Assembly: GCA_938009055.1 (NCBI GenBank)
Contig: CALLIO010000108.1
Coordinates: forward strand, 1 to 37,483
Source of the DNA: an uncultured Altererythrobacter sp.
Lineage (GTDB): Bacteria; Pseudomonadota; Alphaproteobacteria; Sphingomonadales; Sphingomonadaceae
DNA: 37,483 nucleotides
Reading direction: 5' to 3'
Within the stretch, counting starts at the first letter, position 1, and every line of letters starts with the position of its first letter. This document shows positions 1 through 9,140 of this stretch, one piece after another. The notes below the pieces were generated by a model, which saw only the letters and a program-made list of their open reading frames with translations, was not told the origin of the DNA and ran no database searches. The position numbers and the translations under genes were made by a program.

Positions 1-471
1 AGCGGTGACCGCGTGGTCGTGCCGAGCCGCACTTGTTTTGACAAAGATCTGGCTCGCCCGACGCCTCTGACGCCTCCTGGCATCCGCGTCTATATGTCCA
101 ACCTCACCCAAAGCGCTAACAACAACGCCGGAGCTGCAATCGGACATCAAACCACGTCGCTGCCCTATGGCACCCGCTTACTTCAGGCATTGGTTGCGGC
201 CAATTGTGTCGGTGGAAGCTATATGAATGCCGACAGGCGCGCAGTGCTTATTTCTCGCAATCCGATGAACGGCCGCAGCGTCGTGATTGAGCGGGATATT
301 GAAAAGCTGGTGCGAGATGCCTCGCGCGATGCGCATGATCCCTATCTCATGCCAGGCGACTCTATCGCTTGCTACGACAGTCGCCTGACAAATCTGCGCG
401 AGGCAATTGGATTGGTTTCGCAAGTAGGAAGCACTGCGACCCCGGCAATCCTATTGGATAGCGCGCTATGA
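1..471 (+). CDS. Polysaccharide biosynthesis/export protein, SLBB-repeat type (Wza/SypC-like), C-terminal part; 5' end outside window
   Basis: Frame is open from base 1 (SGDRVVVPS...). SLBB-like segments RLLQALVAANCVGG and DPYLMPGDSIACYDS. The stop overlaps the next start (ATGA, 468-471). Confidence 0.75.
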   Translation, partial: SGDRVVVPSRTCFDKDLARPTPLTPPGIRVYMSNLTQSANNNAGAAIGHQTTSLPYGTRLLQALVAANCVGGSYMNADRRAVLISRNPMNGRSVVIERDIEKLVRDASRDAHDPYLMPGDSIACYDSRLTNLREAIGLVSQVGSTATPAILLDSAL

Positions 472-1901
472 TCCAGGATCCCCCTCAAATCCCTGCGGAC
501 TCTATCGCTCGCCCCAGGCTTTTGGAGCGCGCTTGGGTTCTCGTTCGTGACGGGCTGCCTTCGATTGGGCGCTATCGCCGCTATATTGTTGCCATTGTAC
601 TTCCATTGGCGGTGATATGGGGCATTGCAATTGCGTTTCTTGCGCTGACCCCTGACCGCTTCGACAGCCGAATGACGCTGATCCTTCCGGGTAGCGGCGT
701 TGGCGCTACGATGAATCTGGAGTCGATTGGCCAAGCAACTGCTAGCACAAATTCGGCCTTTTCCAGTGCAACGCTCAGCCCGACCGAGAACTATAAGCGA
801 CTATTGATGTCACACCTTGTGCTTGAAGAAGCTTCGAAGCGAACAGGCGAAGACGTAAAGGATTTTCCCGAGCCTTCGATCAAGCTTATTGATCAAACAA
901 ATCTAATCGAGGTGCGCCTTCCAGGAGGGTCGTCTGAACAAGCACAAAAGCGTATGAAAGCACTGAGCGGTGCATTCCATGATGCGCTTACGGAATTGCG
1001 TGAGGACGAGGCCAGCAGCCGTGAAGATGCAGATTCTGGTCGAATTGCCGAGTTGCGCAAAAAGGTGGATATCGCACAGAAGGAATTGCTCGAATTCCAA
1101 ACGCGTACTGGCTTGGTCTCGCTTGATCAGTTTGCCTCGCGCATGTCTGCGCTTGATCAGCTTAAGCAAAACGAGAGGGAACGACGGGTGCGTTTGGTGG
1201 AAAGCAGTTCTGCGACAAGCCGCTTATCCTCGACCCTTAACGTTTCTTTAGCTCAGGCTCGTCGGGCTATGCAGCTCAAAGCAGACCCTGAGTTTAGCAC
1301 CTTGCTCAAGCGCTATGCTCAGTCTTCTGGAGCCCATGCCGAAAGCAGTGCGACCTTAGGTGATGCCCATGCCGACATCGAGGAACTGACAGCGGAGAAA
1401 TCGACCCTTCGATCCGCAATGATGAAGCGCGGCACAGCCCTCACTGGAATGGGAGGAAACCAGGTGATGAAATTTGCCGACCTTGCAGTCTCAGATACAC
1501 GTGAGAGCCTTTTCGCAAGCCTGACCGAGCGTGATAGCAGCAATGCGGGCAACGGTGCGGCCGTGGCCGAACTCAAACGTCAAATTGCTGCGGAGACCAC
1601 AAAGACACGCCGACAAGTTGGACAAGCTGCGGAGCTCGCAGATCTTACAAGAGATCTTCGGGTTGCCGAGGCTGTATTCAGCTCGGCTCTCGCCCAGCTT
1701 GATACCAACAAGTCAGATCCATTTGCGTCTTATCCGCTTGTGCAAACACTGGAAGCGCCTTCATTGCCTAGAGAAAAGTCTGGTCCATCGACGTTAATCG
1801 CAATCGCCGGAGCGTTGGGCGCTTCATTCTTCATTCTAATCGGGTTCATGCTGCTGTGGCTACGCCAACCGATCATCCGAAAACTGCTGCCGAACGCCTA
1901 G
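468..1901 (+). CDS. Polysaccharide chain-length determinant / co-polymerase (GumC/Wzc-N, SypO-like), no tyrosine-kinase domain
   Basis: N-terminal TM (YIVAIVLPLAVIWGIAIAFLAL), long coiled-coil region, Pro-rich EAPSLPREKSGP before a C-terminal TM; EPS context. Confidence 0.8.
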   Translation: MIQDPPQIPADSIARPRLLERAWVLVRDGLPSIGRYRRYIVAIVLPLAVIWGIAIAFLALTPDRFDSRMTLILPGSGVGATMNLESIGQATASTNSAFSSATLSPTENYKRLLMSHLVLEEASKRTGEDVKDFPEPSIKLIDQTNLIEVRLPGGSSEQAQKRMKALSGAFHDALTELREDEASSREDADSGRIAELRKKVDIAQKELLEFQTRTGLVSLDQFASRMSALDQLKQNERERRVRLVESSSATSRLSSTLNVSLAQARRAMQLKADPEFSTLLKRYAQSSGAHAESSATLGDAHADIEELTAEKSTLRSAMMKRGTALTGMGGNQVMKFADLAVSDTRESLFASLTERDSSNAGNGAAVAELKRQIAAETTKTRRQVGQAAELADLTRDLRVAEAVFSSALAQLDTNKSDPFASYPLVQTLEAPSLPREKSGPSTLIAIAGALGASFFILIGFMLLWLRQPIIRKLLPNA

Positions 1902-3139
1902 TCAGCACGGCTATAGAGAGCACCTGGCTGCTTTGGCTGTTGGGCGCTCTTTATGTGGCGGGCCCTGCGTTAGGTTGGGCGCTTGGGGGATTGGCGTGCC
2001 TTTCCCTCTATATTGGCGCTCAGAATCCGAACGCGCCGCCACGTGGGCCTTTCAGCAGAGCGATCATCTTGTGGCTTTTCGGAATGACCGCAATGCTCGT
2101 CATTTTGTGGATTGGTCACGCTACACATGAGCTCGGCGTCGGCCAGACAGTAAAATCGAGCGTCGGTTGGGCAAAGGGATGGGCTCTCATCGCTCTTTTT
2201 TTGTTTGCAGGCGCTTCGCTAGGGATCAGATCCGAAGTTATCTCGCGGGCTGTTTGTAGGCTCGGATTGCAAACTTTGCTCTTGATACCGGTTTTCCTGG
2301 TTGCACCCTATATCGGCTTGCCTGAACAATTATGGGTATCGCCCCTTAAAGTTTTGGGCGGTTCGGGGCCGGAGTATTTTGCCGCCACACTTTACACACT
2401 CGAGCCCGGCACTGGTGCCCCGCGTTGGCAGTTCTTTGCTCCGTGGTCGCCCGCAGCCGGTATGATGGGTGTGATATTTGTCTTACTGGCAATGCTAGAA
2501 AAGAACGCAAGGTGGAAGGCAATTGGGCTTCTCGCGGGTCTTTGTCTCGCGCTCCTCTCACAATCGCGCTTGGCGCTAGTGGCGCTTGTTGTCGTCTTGC
2601 CTGCAGGTTGGGCAATCGTAAGGCTAAACCGTCCATCCCTTTGGCTGGCCGCCGCACCCGTGATCCTTGCTACGGGAATTCTTGGCCCAACTCTTGTTGA
2701 GCTAGCTGAAGCAGCCTTAGCAGAATTCTCTGCAGCAAGAGCGGATTCAAGCCGGGTTAGAGCAACGCTCGGGCGGATAGCGATTGAACGCTGGCAAAAT
2801 GAAGCCTTCTGGTTTGGCCACGGAATTGTTGAGAATGGCCCGCACTTGGTCGAATATATGCCAATCGGCAGCCATCATAGTTGGTACGGTCTATTGTTCG
2901 TCAAAGGCTTGGCCGGCGTTGTGTCATTGGCTGTACCTTTAGGCGTCACAGTCGCCATCCTCGCAGCCAAGGCCTATCGAAGTGAAGTTGCGCAAAACGC
3001 TTTGTGTTTGAGCCTTGTACTGGTTCTCTATTCCTTCGGAGAGAACCTCGAGATCCTTGCCTATCTTTATTGGCCAGCGCTGCTTGTCATGGGGCAAGCG
3101 CTTAATACCTCTAAGCCAAGCCAAAGTCGCTCCCAATAA
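1856..3139 (+). CDS. O-antigen ligase / Wzy polymerase family membrane protein (SypL-like)
   Basis: Many TM segments, SQSRLA motif, periplasmic loop with WFGHG and GSHHSWY (Wzy_C-like His motif). Confidence 0.75.
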   Translation: MATPTDHPKTAAERLVSTAIESTWLLWLLGALYVAGPALGWALGGLACLSLYIGAQNPNAPPRGPFSRAIILWLFGMTAMLVILWIGHATHELGVGQTVKSSVGWAKGWALIALFLFAGASLGIRSEVISRAVCRLGLQTLLLIPVFLVAPYIGLPEQLWVSPLKVLGGSGPEYFAATLYTLEPGTGAPRWQFFAPWSPAAGMMGVIFVLLAMLEKNARWKAIGLLAGLCLALLSQSRLALVALVVVLPAGWAIVRLNRPSLWLAAAPVILATGILGPTLVELAEAALAEFSAARADSSRVRATLGRIAIERWQNEAFWFGHGIVENGPHLVEYMPIGSHHSWYGLLFVKGLAGVVSLAVPLGVTVAILAAKAYRSEVAQNALCLSLVLVLYSFGENLEILAYLYWPALLVMGQALNTSKPSQSRSQ

Positions 3140-3145
3140 CGTGAA

Positions 3146-3211
3146 AGATCGCCGGCCCGCGCTTGAATCGGGACGGCGATCTCTGGGTACCGGTGGCCGG
3201 AGACGGCCACC
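3146..3211. terminator. Two GC-rich hairpins between convergent genes (possible terminator/stabilising structures)
   Basis: AGATCGCCG (3146-3154) pairs with CGGCGATCT (3174-3182). GGTGGCCG-GAGA-CGGCCACC (3192-3211) is a perfect 8-bp stem with a GNRA loop. Neither has a U-tract. Confidence 0.45.
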
Positions 3212-3225
3212 CTCGTATATCTTAT

Positions 3226-4218
3226 CTACTCAGTGCAGGCCTGTGAGAAAAGACGAAGCCAACCGCGCAAGATCTCGGCATGTTGGTTGGCAACTTCGAG
3301 CCGCCCAGTGCGACCCATCACGGCGAGCGGAGCGCGTCTAGCCCGCTTTATAGCTACGGCGATCTCTTCCGGAGAGCCCATTTTTGCAACCAGACCTGCA
3401 TTTCCCACCTGTTCTGGCAGGCCGTCGACATCGGAAACCAAGATCGCTCTTCCAGCTAAGCGGGCCTCGGTTGCGACGAGGCCAAACGCTTCATAGCGTG
3501 AGGGGACAACAACTGCATCACACCGAGCGAGGTAGGGACTTGGGTCACTGCTGGGTCCAAATACTTCGACGTTTGGCACCTCTTCAGCCATTCTCTTGAG
3601 CTGTTTTGCATTCGGCCCATCACCGAAAATCTGCAGCGAAACGCTGGAACTGCCACATTGGCACATAGCGGCGATGAGATTCTCGAAGTTCTTAACTTCG
3701 GCGAAGCGGCCGTAGGCCAAGAGTTTGAGAGGTCTGCCAGACCTTACTTCCGCTTCTGGCAAAGTAAGCAGGTCAAATCGACCACTCCAAGGGTGGATTG
3801 TTTCAAGTTTGCTTTTGGGAATTCCTACGGTCTCACGAAACCAACTTTGCTGCGCATTGGATACGCAAACCAAGCGATCGCAGAATAGAGCGCCTAGACG
3901 CAACATGGTGCGGAAACGCAGCTTTGATTGCACCTTAGTCGCTTCGAATGCGCGTGTGTAGCTGTGCTCGACGTGAATGATCATTGCCTTCGGATTGCGA
4001 AACCGCAAACTGGAGAGAAATGGCAAGCGTCCCACGGAAAAGGGCATGTGATCGACGATCACGTCCGCCTTAAGCGCGGGAGCTAGCCTAGAGTCGGCAC
4101 GCGTTGCGCGAACGTCAGAACTGGCGACATTCTGCAGTTTCGGATGCTCAAACAAGGTGAGAGCTCTGGTCACCCCACCCATCGCAAAATCATCGAGCAG
4201 GTGGATAACTCTTAGCAT
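3226..4218 (-). CDS. Glycosyltransferase family 4 (GT-B)
   Basis: Start re-assigned to ATG 4218 (MLRVIHLLDDFAMGGV), which overlaps the upstream stop. Motifs GRFAEVKN and PSRYEAFGLVATEA (EX7E). Confidence 0.9.
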   Translation of the reverse strand: MLRVIHLLDDFAMGGVTRALTLFEHPKLQNVASSDVRATRADSRLAPALKADVIVDHMPFSVGRLPFLSSLRFRNPKAMIIHVEHSYTRAFEATKVQSKLRFRTMLRLGALFCDRLVCVSNAQQSWFRETVGIPKSKLETIHPWSGRFDLLTLPEAEVRSGRPLKLLAYGRFAEVKNFENLIAAMCQCGSSSVSLQIFGDGPNAKQLKRMAEEVPNVEVFGPSSDPSPYLARCDAVVVPSRYEAFGLVATEARLAGRAILVSDVDGLPEQVGNAGLVAKMGSPEEIAVAIKRARRAPLAVMGRTGRLEVANQHAEILRGWLRLFSQACTE

Positions 4219-5201
4219 GCGGCACCCTTCATGCAGGGGCGCGCCAATGCAAAGAAGCGTTCTTTGCCAAGTACCAATCCAGCGAGAATAGCTCCGCCAG
4301 TCACAGTTGACTTGCGAGGTTCTTCCAAGAGGATTTGCGGCTTCAGAGCCAAGGCACGTTTCAGAAAATCGAGTGCCAATACGAAATTGCCAAGTTGAAG
4401 GGAGCGCCGCGCTAGATAGCGCAATTGATATGCTCTGGCCTTGTCGCCATACTTGTCGACGAATTGGGGAGCGTAGCTTGCGAGTTTGCGAAGCATGCGG
4501 TTCCAACTGAGATATTGTTTTACGACATTGGCCGACAATGCTCCAGCTATGATCCGGTAGTCAGTGAGTTGGCCTCCTATCCCCTCGAATGCGACGCCAT
4601 GCTGCACAGCCAGGCGGATCCAAAGCTCGATATCTTCTGATTGACGAAAGCTCTCGTCGAACCAGCAATTCCGGCCGACATCTGTCGGATGAGGAAACAG
4701 TGCACGGTCAAGCGCTGATTTGCGCAAGACCGGTGCGCTACCGTTTCCGATCGGATTGCGATTGATGATATCGGAAGAGCTGACGCGGCCAATTTTAGGG
4801 TGCATGGAGACAGCTAGAATTTCCCCATTTGCATCCATGAAGCGCGAACCTGCATAGCTAACTCCGACCCCCGGGTTCGCGGTCAAATGGATGAAATGCA
4901 GCATGAGTTTGTCCTTATGCCAGCGATCATCAGAATCCAGCAGGGCGACAAACTGTCCTTTCGCGTTTGCGATGCCCGTATTGCGTGCACCGGCAAGACC
5001 GCGATTGGTCTGGCATACAATGCGGATCCGCGGATCTGAGAATTCGCGCACGATCTGCATGGAGCGGTCAGGTCCGCCATCATCCACACAAATCAGCTCA
5101 AAATCATCAAAGCTTTGATCAAGAACCGATTGCACGGCTTCTGCGACATAGTCTTCGACATTGTAGATTGGCATCACGACAGAAATAGTAGGGGTGTTCA
5201 T
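4212..5201 (-). CDS. Glycosyltransferase family 2 (GT-A)
   Basis: ISVVMPIYN, VDDGGPD, NRGLAGARN, LDSDD (DXD), SED. Confidence 0.92.
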   Translation of the reverse strand: MNTPTISVVMPIYNVEDYVAEAVQSVLDQSFDDFELICVDDGGPDRSMQIVREFSDPRIRIVCQTNRGLAGARNTGIANAKGQFVALLDSDDRWHKDKLMLHFIHLTANPGVGVSYAGSRFMDANGEILAVSMHPKIGRVSSSDIINRNPIGNGSAPVLRKSALDRALFPHPTDVGRNCWFDESFRQSEDIELWIRLAVQHGVAFEGIGGQLTDYRIIAGALSANVVKQYLSWNRMLRKLASYAPQFVDKYGDKARAYQLRYLARRSLQLGNFVLALDFLKRALALKPQILLEEPRKSTVTGGAILAGLVLGKERFFALARPCMKGAAC

Positions 5202-5228
5202 TTTTAGTCTCCGAGAAAGAGGTTTGGC

Positions 5229-6158
5229 TCAAGCGAAAAGAGAGCGTCGAACTGAAAGGGGAACGGCAGATCCGGCTAGGGCACCGACCATGGTCAGGGC
5301 GCTGCGATGCCCAGCGGAAAGGAATGTTTTGGGGTCGGCCGCCATGCCCCTGCGGACAAAGTTGCGAGCGACTGACATTTCTGCGCCGGCTCTGAGGGCA
5401 CGGCGTGCTAGATAGCGACAGTAAGTCGCCTCAGCGCTGGCGAGTTCGAATTCACCCAGATATTCGCTTGCGAACTGGCGCCAATTGCTGAGCATTGCTT
5501 CAAAGTCGCACGACAAGCCATCTTCGCTCAATCGATAGTTCACCAGCGGTGTATCTGTGCCTCTTACAAGGCCGCCGGACTCGATCAGGCGCGCTAAGAA
5601 CTCTTGATCTTCGGCGTATCGCATGTCTTCGTCGAACCCTCCGAGTTCTTCGAACAATTGGGCGTCCACAACCAGATTTGATGTTGTGCATACTGCGTTT
5701 TCGATCAGAACGTCGCTAAGGTGGAGATAGCCATAAGGGGGCTTTGATTGACTGCGCTTCTTGGAAAGAGAGCCAGCCTGATCTGGGCAAAAGGAAACCT
5801 TGGCAAAGCTCGCATCCAGCAGGTCGTCTGACCGGTGAAGGGCAAGATGATGAACTAGTTTGTCTGCATCCCATTGGTCGTCAGCGTCGAGGAATGCCAG
5901 CAAACGGCCCTTGGCCAATCGTGCGCCAAAGTTTCTGGTGGCAGAGACTCCCGAATTGGGTTGAGAAAGGGTGCGTATACGTTGATCCTGAGCAGCCAGT
6001 TCTAACATCACGCTCATCGTCTCGTCGCTCGAACCATCGTCGATGATGATGATTTCAAAATCTTGGATGGTCTGCGAAAGCACGCTTTCTACGGTCGACT
6101 GCAACGTCGAGACAGCATTGTATGCAGGGATAATCACTGAGAATGTTGGCTTAAGCAT
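5229..6158 (-). CDS. Glycosyltransferase family 2 (GT-A)
   Basis: FSVIIPAYN, IDDGSSD, NSGVSATRN, FLDADD, GGFDEDMRYAED. Confidence 0.92.
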   Translation of the reverse strand: MLKPTFSVIIPAYNAVSTLQSTVESVLSQTIQDFEIIIIDDGSSDETMSVMLELAAQDQRIRTLSQPNSGVSATRNFGARLAKGRLLAFLDADDQWDADKLVHHLALHRSDDLLDASFAKVSFCPDQAGSLSKKRSQSKPPYGYLHLSDVLIENAVCTTSNLVVDAQLFEELGGFDEDMRYAEDQEFLARLIESGGLVRGTDTPLVNYRLSEDGLSCDFEAMLSNWRQFASEYLGEFELASAEATYCRYLARRALRAGAEMSVARNFVRRGMAADPKTFLSAGHRSALTMVGALAGSAVPLSVRRSLFA

Positions 6159-7431
6159 GAGGCGGCTCCTTTAGGGTCGTATGGTGTTGTGATGGTTGGG
6201 CGCTGAAGTGGAGCAGCGCCGACAAGATGAGGACCAGGGCAAGACCAAAGCTGAAGCCAGCGGCTGCCCCTACAACGCTTGTGTGAGCGCCAAGCGCCAG
6301 TCCGATAAGCGCGGCACATGTTGCCAAGGTTGCGAGCGATGTTTCCGCTAGCGGCCTACCCAGAGCTCGATAACGCGCACCCAGAAGGGATCCGACGTAG
6401 AGCGGGATGGCAGCAGCGGTGAGCATCACTAGGATTGGGATTGCTGCTGCCCATTTGTTGCCGAAGACTACTGGAACGTAGAACGGGGCGAGCAAGGCTT
6501 GGGCCGCTACGAGCGGGAGCAAGACTGCAAGCCCCAGCCAAAACGATCTGCGAAATTCACTTTCCAAATGTTCGGCAGATTTTCCCGCCAAGTGAGGAAA
6601 CAGAACAGCATTGCAAGCACTCACGAAAGATTGGGTGATGCCAAGGCCTGCGTTGTAAGCGAAATAGTACAGCCCCAAAGCTTCGGTGCCGAGCATCGCG
6701 CCAACGAGCAGTTTGTCGCCATGTTGGCGGGCGGCAATGGTTATCTCTGTCCCCAGAACCGCAAGGCCGAACTGTTGGAAACGCTCGATAGGTGCGGCGA
6801 CGACCGAATGATCTGCTCGCCAATTGTAAGTTCCCTTTGCAAGGATGAGCCAGATGGGCGCTGTCAGGAGTTTAGGCAGAACGATCGCCCAGGCGCTTGG
6901 CCAGACAATGACCAACGCTAAAGTGAGCAGGCAATCCACGCCGTTTTGGATGGCCGCCACCTTAGCAACCGCGCCCATACGCTGAGCGCGCATTGCACGG
7001 AAAATCGGGACCAGTCCGCCAGGCATAAAGACATAAACGAGCGCAAGCACGGCGAGCATGCCAGCAGCTTCATGCTGGTCGAATACGAGCCACAAGAGCG
7101 ATGCAACAGCTAATTGAACGATGCCGACGGCTCCGCAGACAAACATAAAGAGTCGGCGAGCTGACAGCGATATCGCTTCAACTTCTTGATTGGTCGCAAT
7201 GATGATCCGCTGACCGATACCCACGTTTGAGAGTACGCGTACGAGCTCGAAAATGCTGAGCGCCAAAGCTGCCGTGCCAAGCAGCTCTGCTGAAATCTGG
7301 CGTGCAATAACAATGATTGCACCTAGCCGGATAACCCGCGTGAACGCCTCGGCTGAGCCAAAGGCCGCCACACCCCTAAGAAAGGGATGCCATTTCGACG
7401 GATCTTTATATTTGGCTAGGTTGGTAGTCAT
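6151..7431 (-). CDS. Oligosaccharide flippase (Wzx/PST family, SypK-like)
   Basis: Polytopic membrane protein with DKLLVGAMLGTEALGLYYFAYN and VVFGNKWAAAIPIL. ATG 7431 has GAGG upstream; the ORF-track TTG at 7467 lies inside a promoter motif. Confidence 0.85.
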   Translation of the reverse strand: MTTNLAKYKDPSKWHPFLRGVAAFGSAEAFTRVIRLGAIIVIARQISAELLGTAALALSIFELVRVLSNVGIGQRIIIATNQEVEAISLSARRLFMFVCGAVGIVQLAVASLLWLVFDQHEAAGMLAVLALVYVFMPGGLVPIFRAMRAQRMGAVAKVAAIQNGVDCLLTLALVIVWPSAWAIVLPKLLTAPIWLILAKGTYNWRADHSVVAAPIERFQQFGLAVLGTEITIAARQHGDKLLVGAMLGTEALGLYYFAYNAGLGITQSFVSACNAVLFPHLAGKSAEHLESEFRRSFWLGLAVLLPLVAAQALLAPFYVPVVFGNKWAAAIPILVMLTAAAIPLYVGSLLGARYRALGRPLAETSLATLATCAALIGLALGAHTSVVGAAAGFSFGLALVLILSALLHFSAQPSQHHTTLKEPPHA

Positions 7432-7462
7432 TGACGCCTCGTGTGGTTTCGAAGCGATCAGT

Positions 7463-7478
7463 TTCAATTACCGTGCCA
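7463..7478 (-). promoter_or_regulatory. Putative sigma54 -24/-12 promoter for the flippase-GT operon
   Basis: Minus strand reads TGGCAC-GGTAA-TTGAA against the consensus TGGCAC-N5-TTGCW (one mismatch at -12), about 30 nt before ATG 7431. Confidence 0.6.
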
Positions 7479-7531
7479 AACCAAGAAATGGCGGAATTCT
7501 GCGGTTTCTCGATGGGCTTGGCGGGAGCAAG

Positions 7532-7587
7532 TCCCAAAATTGCGAAGGTTTTCGCATTTTGCGAACAATTCCCTCGCAAATCGCGAA
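7532..7587. promoter_or_regulatory. Array of three palindromic enhancer-like sites (putative bEBP upstream activating sequences)
   Basis: TCCCAA-AAT-TGCGAA (7532-7546), perfect TTCGCA-TTT-TGCGAA (7551-7565) and CTCGCA-AAT-CGCGAA (7573-7587), lying between two sigma54-type motifs. Confidence 0.6.
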
Positions 7588-7660
7588 AATTCTTATGCAA
7601 TCCCGTGGCTCTAGAAGTCTTTCATCAACAAAAACGTTTTTTTTCAGCTCTTTATGGAAA

Positions 7661-7675
7661 TGGCACAAGGCTTGC
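7661..7675 (+). promoter_or_regulatory. Sigma54 -24/-12 promoter for the WecB-sugar transferase fusion gene
   Basis: TGGCAC-AAGGC-TTGC matches TGGCAC-N5-TTGC exactly. It is followed by GGAG (7701) and the GTG start at 7713. Confidence 0.75.
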
Positions 7676-7712
7676 CAGCATTGGTTCAAACTCAACCAAT
7701 GGAGTATGACCA

Positions 7713-9140
7713 GTGCAAGAACTACCAAAGAACAAATTTGTCACCCTCAATACAGAAGCATTGGCAAAGCGTTTCGGCAGATCCGTCAGTTGGCCCACGA
7801 ATGACTTGTTCGGACTACCGCTGGTTTCTGCACGCCCTGAAGCAATGGCCAAAGATATCGTCCGCAGAGCCGCAGAAGGGCAATCAACTATCGTCAATTT
7901 TCTCAACGCGCATTGTGTGAATGTGGCGCGTTCAGATGAGGGATATCGCGAAGCCTTGTGCGCGAGCGACCTCGTGCTTCCCGATGGCATCGGCATTGAG
8001 CTTGCCGGCCGGATGCAGAATATTGATACGGGGCCTAACCTAAATGGCACCGACCTATTCCCGCATCTTTGCGAAGTGGCAGCGCACAAACATCAGCGTC
8101 TCTTCCTGCTGGGAGGGCGCCCTGGTGTTGCGAAAAAAGCCGGAGAATGGGCTCAAAAAAAATATCCCAAACTCGAGGTGTCGGGAACGCATTCGGGATA
8201 CTTCACCCGGAAAGAGGAAGAAGCGCTGATTGCACAAATTAACGCGACACGTTCATCTCTACTCTTGGTTGGTCTTGGCGTCCCCAACCAAGAAAAGTGG
8301 ATTGCAAAGAACAAGGATCGACTAAAACCGCCAGTCGTAATGGGCGTAGGTGGATTGTTCGATTACTATTCTGGCAGAATTCCACGCGCACCTGATTGGA
8401 TCCGCAAACTAAAAAGCGAATGGGTCTGGAGGCTGGCTATGGAGCCCAGCCGAATGGCAAAACGCTATCTTTGGGGCAACGCAACATTCCTAGCCTACGC
8501 CGCATATGAAGCTGTGCGGCTTTCTCCAGTTCGCAAATCGGCCAATCTTGCGGCAAAGCGCATGATTGACCTGGTGGTTTCGATCGCAATGATTTTCATC
8601 CTTTTGCCTTTGCTAGTTGGAACGGCCCTATCGATTTGGCTGGAAGATCGTGGACCAGTCTTTTTTAAGCAAACTCGGATCGGGGAAGATGGAACCCCAT
8701 TTGAAATGCTCAAATTCCGTTCAATGTACCAGGACGCCGAAGCGAGAAGAGAAGCACTTGTTGCTCAGTCTGACCGTTCAGGTACATGTTTCAAGATGCG
8801 TTCTGACCCGCGAATTACCAAAACGGGCAAGTTTATTCGGCGCTTCTCAATCGATGAGTTGCCTCAACTCTTCAATGTGGTGAAGGGCAGCATGGCTCTC
8901 GTTGGTCCGCGTCCCGCGTTGCCAGGCGAAGTTGCGAGCTACCAGGGAACTCAATGGCAGCGTCTGTATGGAAAACCAGGGCTTACTTGCACATGGCAAG
9001 TCAGAGGGCGCGCAGAGATACCCTTTGAGCGCCAAGCCATTATGGACAGGGCATATCTTAAGAACGCAAGCATTTGGGTGGATATCAAATTGCTGGCTTC
9101 AACACCGATGGCCGTGCTGGCAGGCCGGGGCGCCTACTGA
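7713..9140 (+). CDS. Fusion of WecB/TagA/CpsF glycosyltransferase and priming phosphoglycosyl transferase (Bac_transf)
   Basis: N-half: FLNAH, VLPDGIGI, NGTDL, VGLGVPNQE, GVGGLFD, RAP, EWVWRLAMEPSR. C-half: KRMIDL, FKQTRIG, KFRSM, DPRITKTGKFIRRFSIDELPQ, GSMALVGPRP, KPGLT. Confidence 0.9.
   Translation: MQELPKNKFVTLNTEALAKRFGRSVSWPTNDLFGLPLVSARPEAMAKDIVRRAAEGQSTIVNFLNAHCVNVARSDEGYREALCASDLVLPDGIGIELAGRMQNIDTGPNLNGTDLFPHLCEVAAHKHQRLFLLGGRPGVAKKAGEWAQKKYPKLEVSGTHSGYFTRKEEEALIAQINATRSSLLLVGLGVPNQEKWIAKNKDRLKPPVVMGVGGLFDYYSGRIPRAPDWIRKLKSEWVWRLAMEPSRMAKRYLWGNATFLAYAAYEAVRLSPVRKSANLAAKRMIDLVVSIAMIFILLPLLVGTALSIWLEDRGPVFFKQTRIGEDGTPFEMLKFRSMYQDAEARREALVAQSDRSGTCFKMRSDPRITKTGKFIRRFSIDELPQLFNVVKGSMALVGPRPALPGEVASYQGTQWQRLYGKPGLTCTWQVRGRAEIPFERQAIMDRAYLKNASIWVDIKLLASTPMAVLAGRGAY

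Noticed and set aside
4219-4506. N-terminal extension of the GT4 ORF in the ORF track (similar extensions at 14878-14964, 14910-15029 and 34544-34678)
   Set aside because: They overlap neighbouring genes or promoters, and family similarity begins only at the downstream starts.
8155-8162. A8 tract in the WecB fusion gene as a phase-variation site
   Set aside because: The tract is short, the frame is intact and it is explained by Gln-Lys-Lys codons; there is no evidence of slippage.
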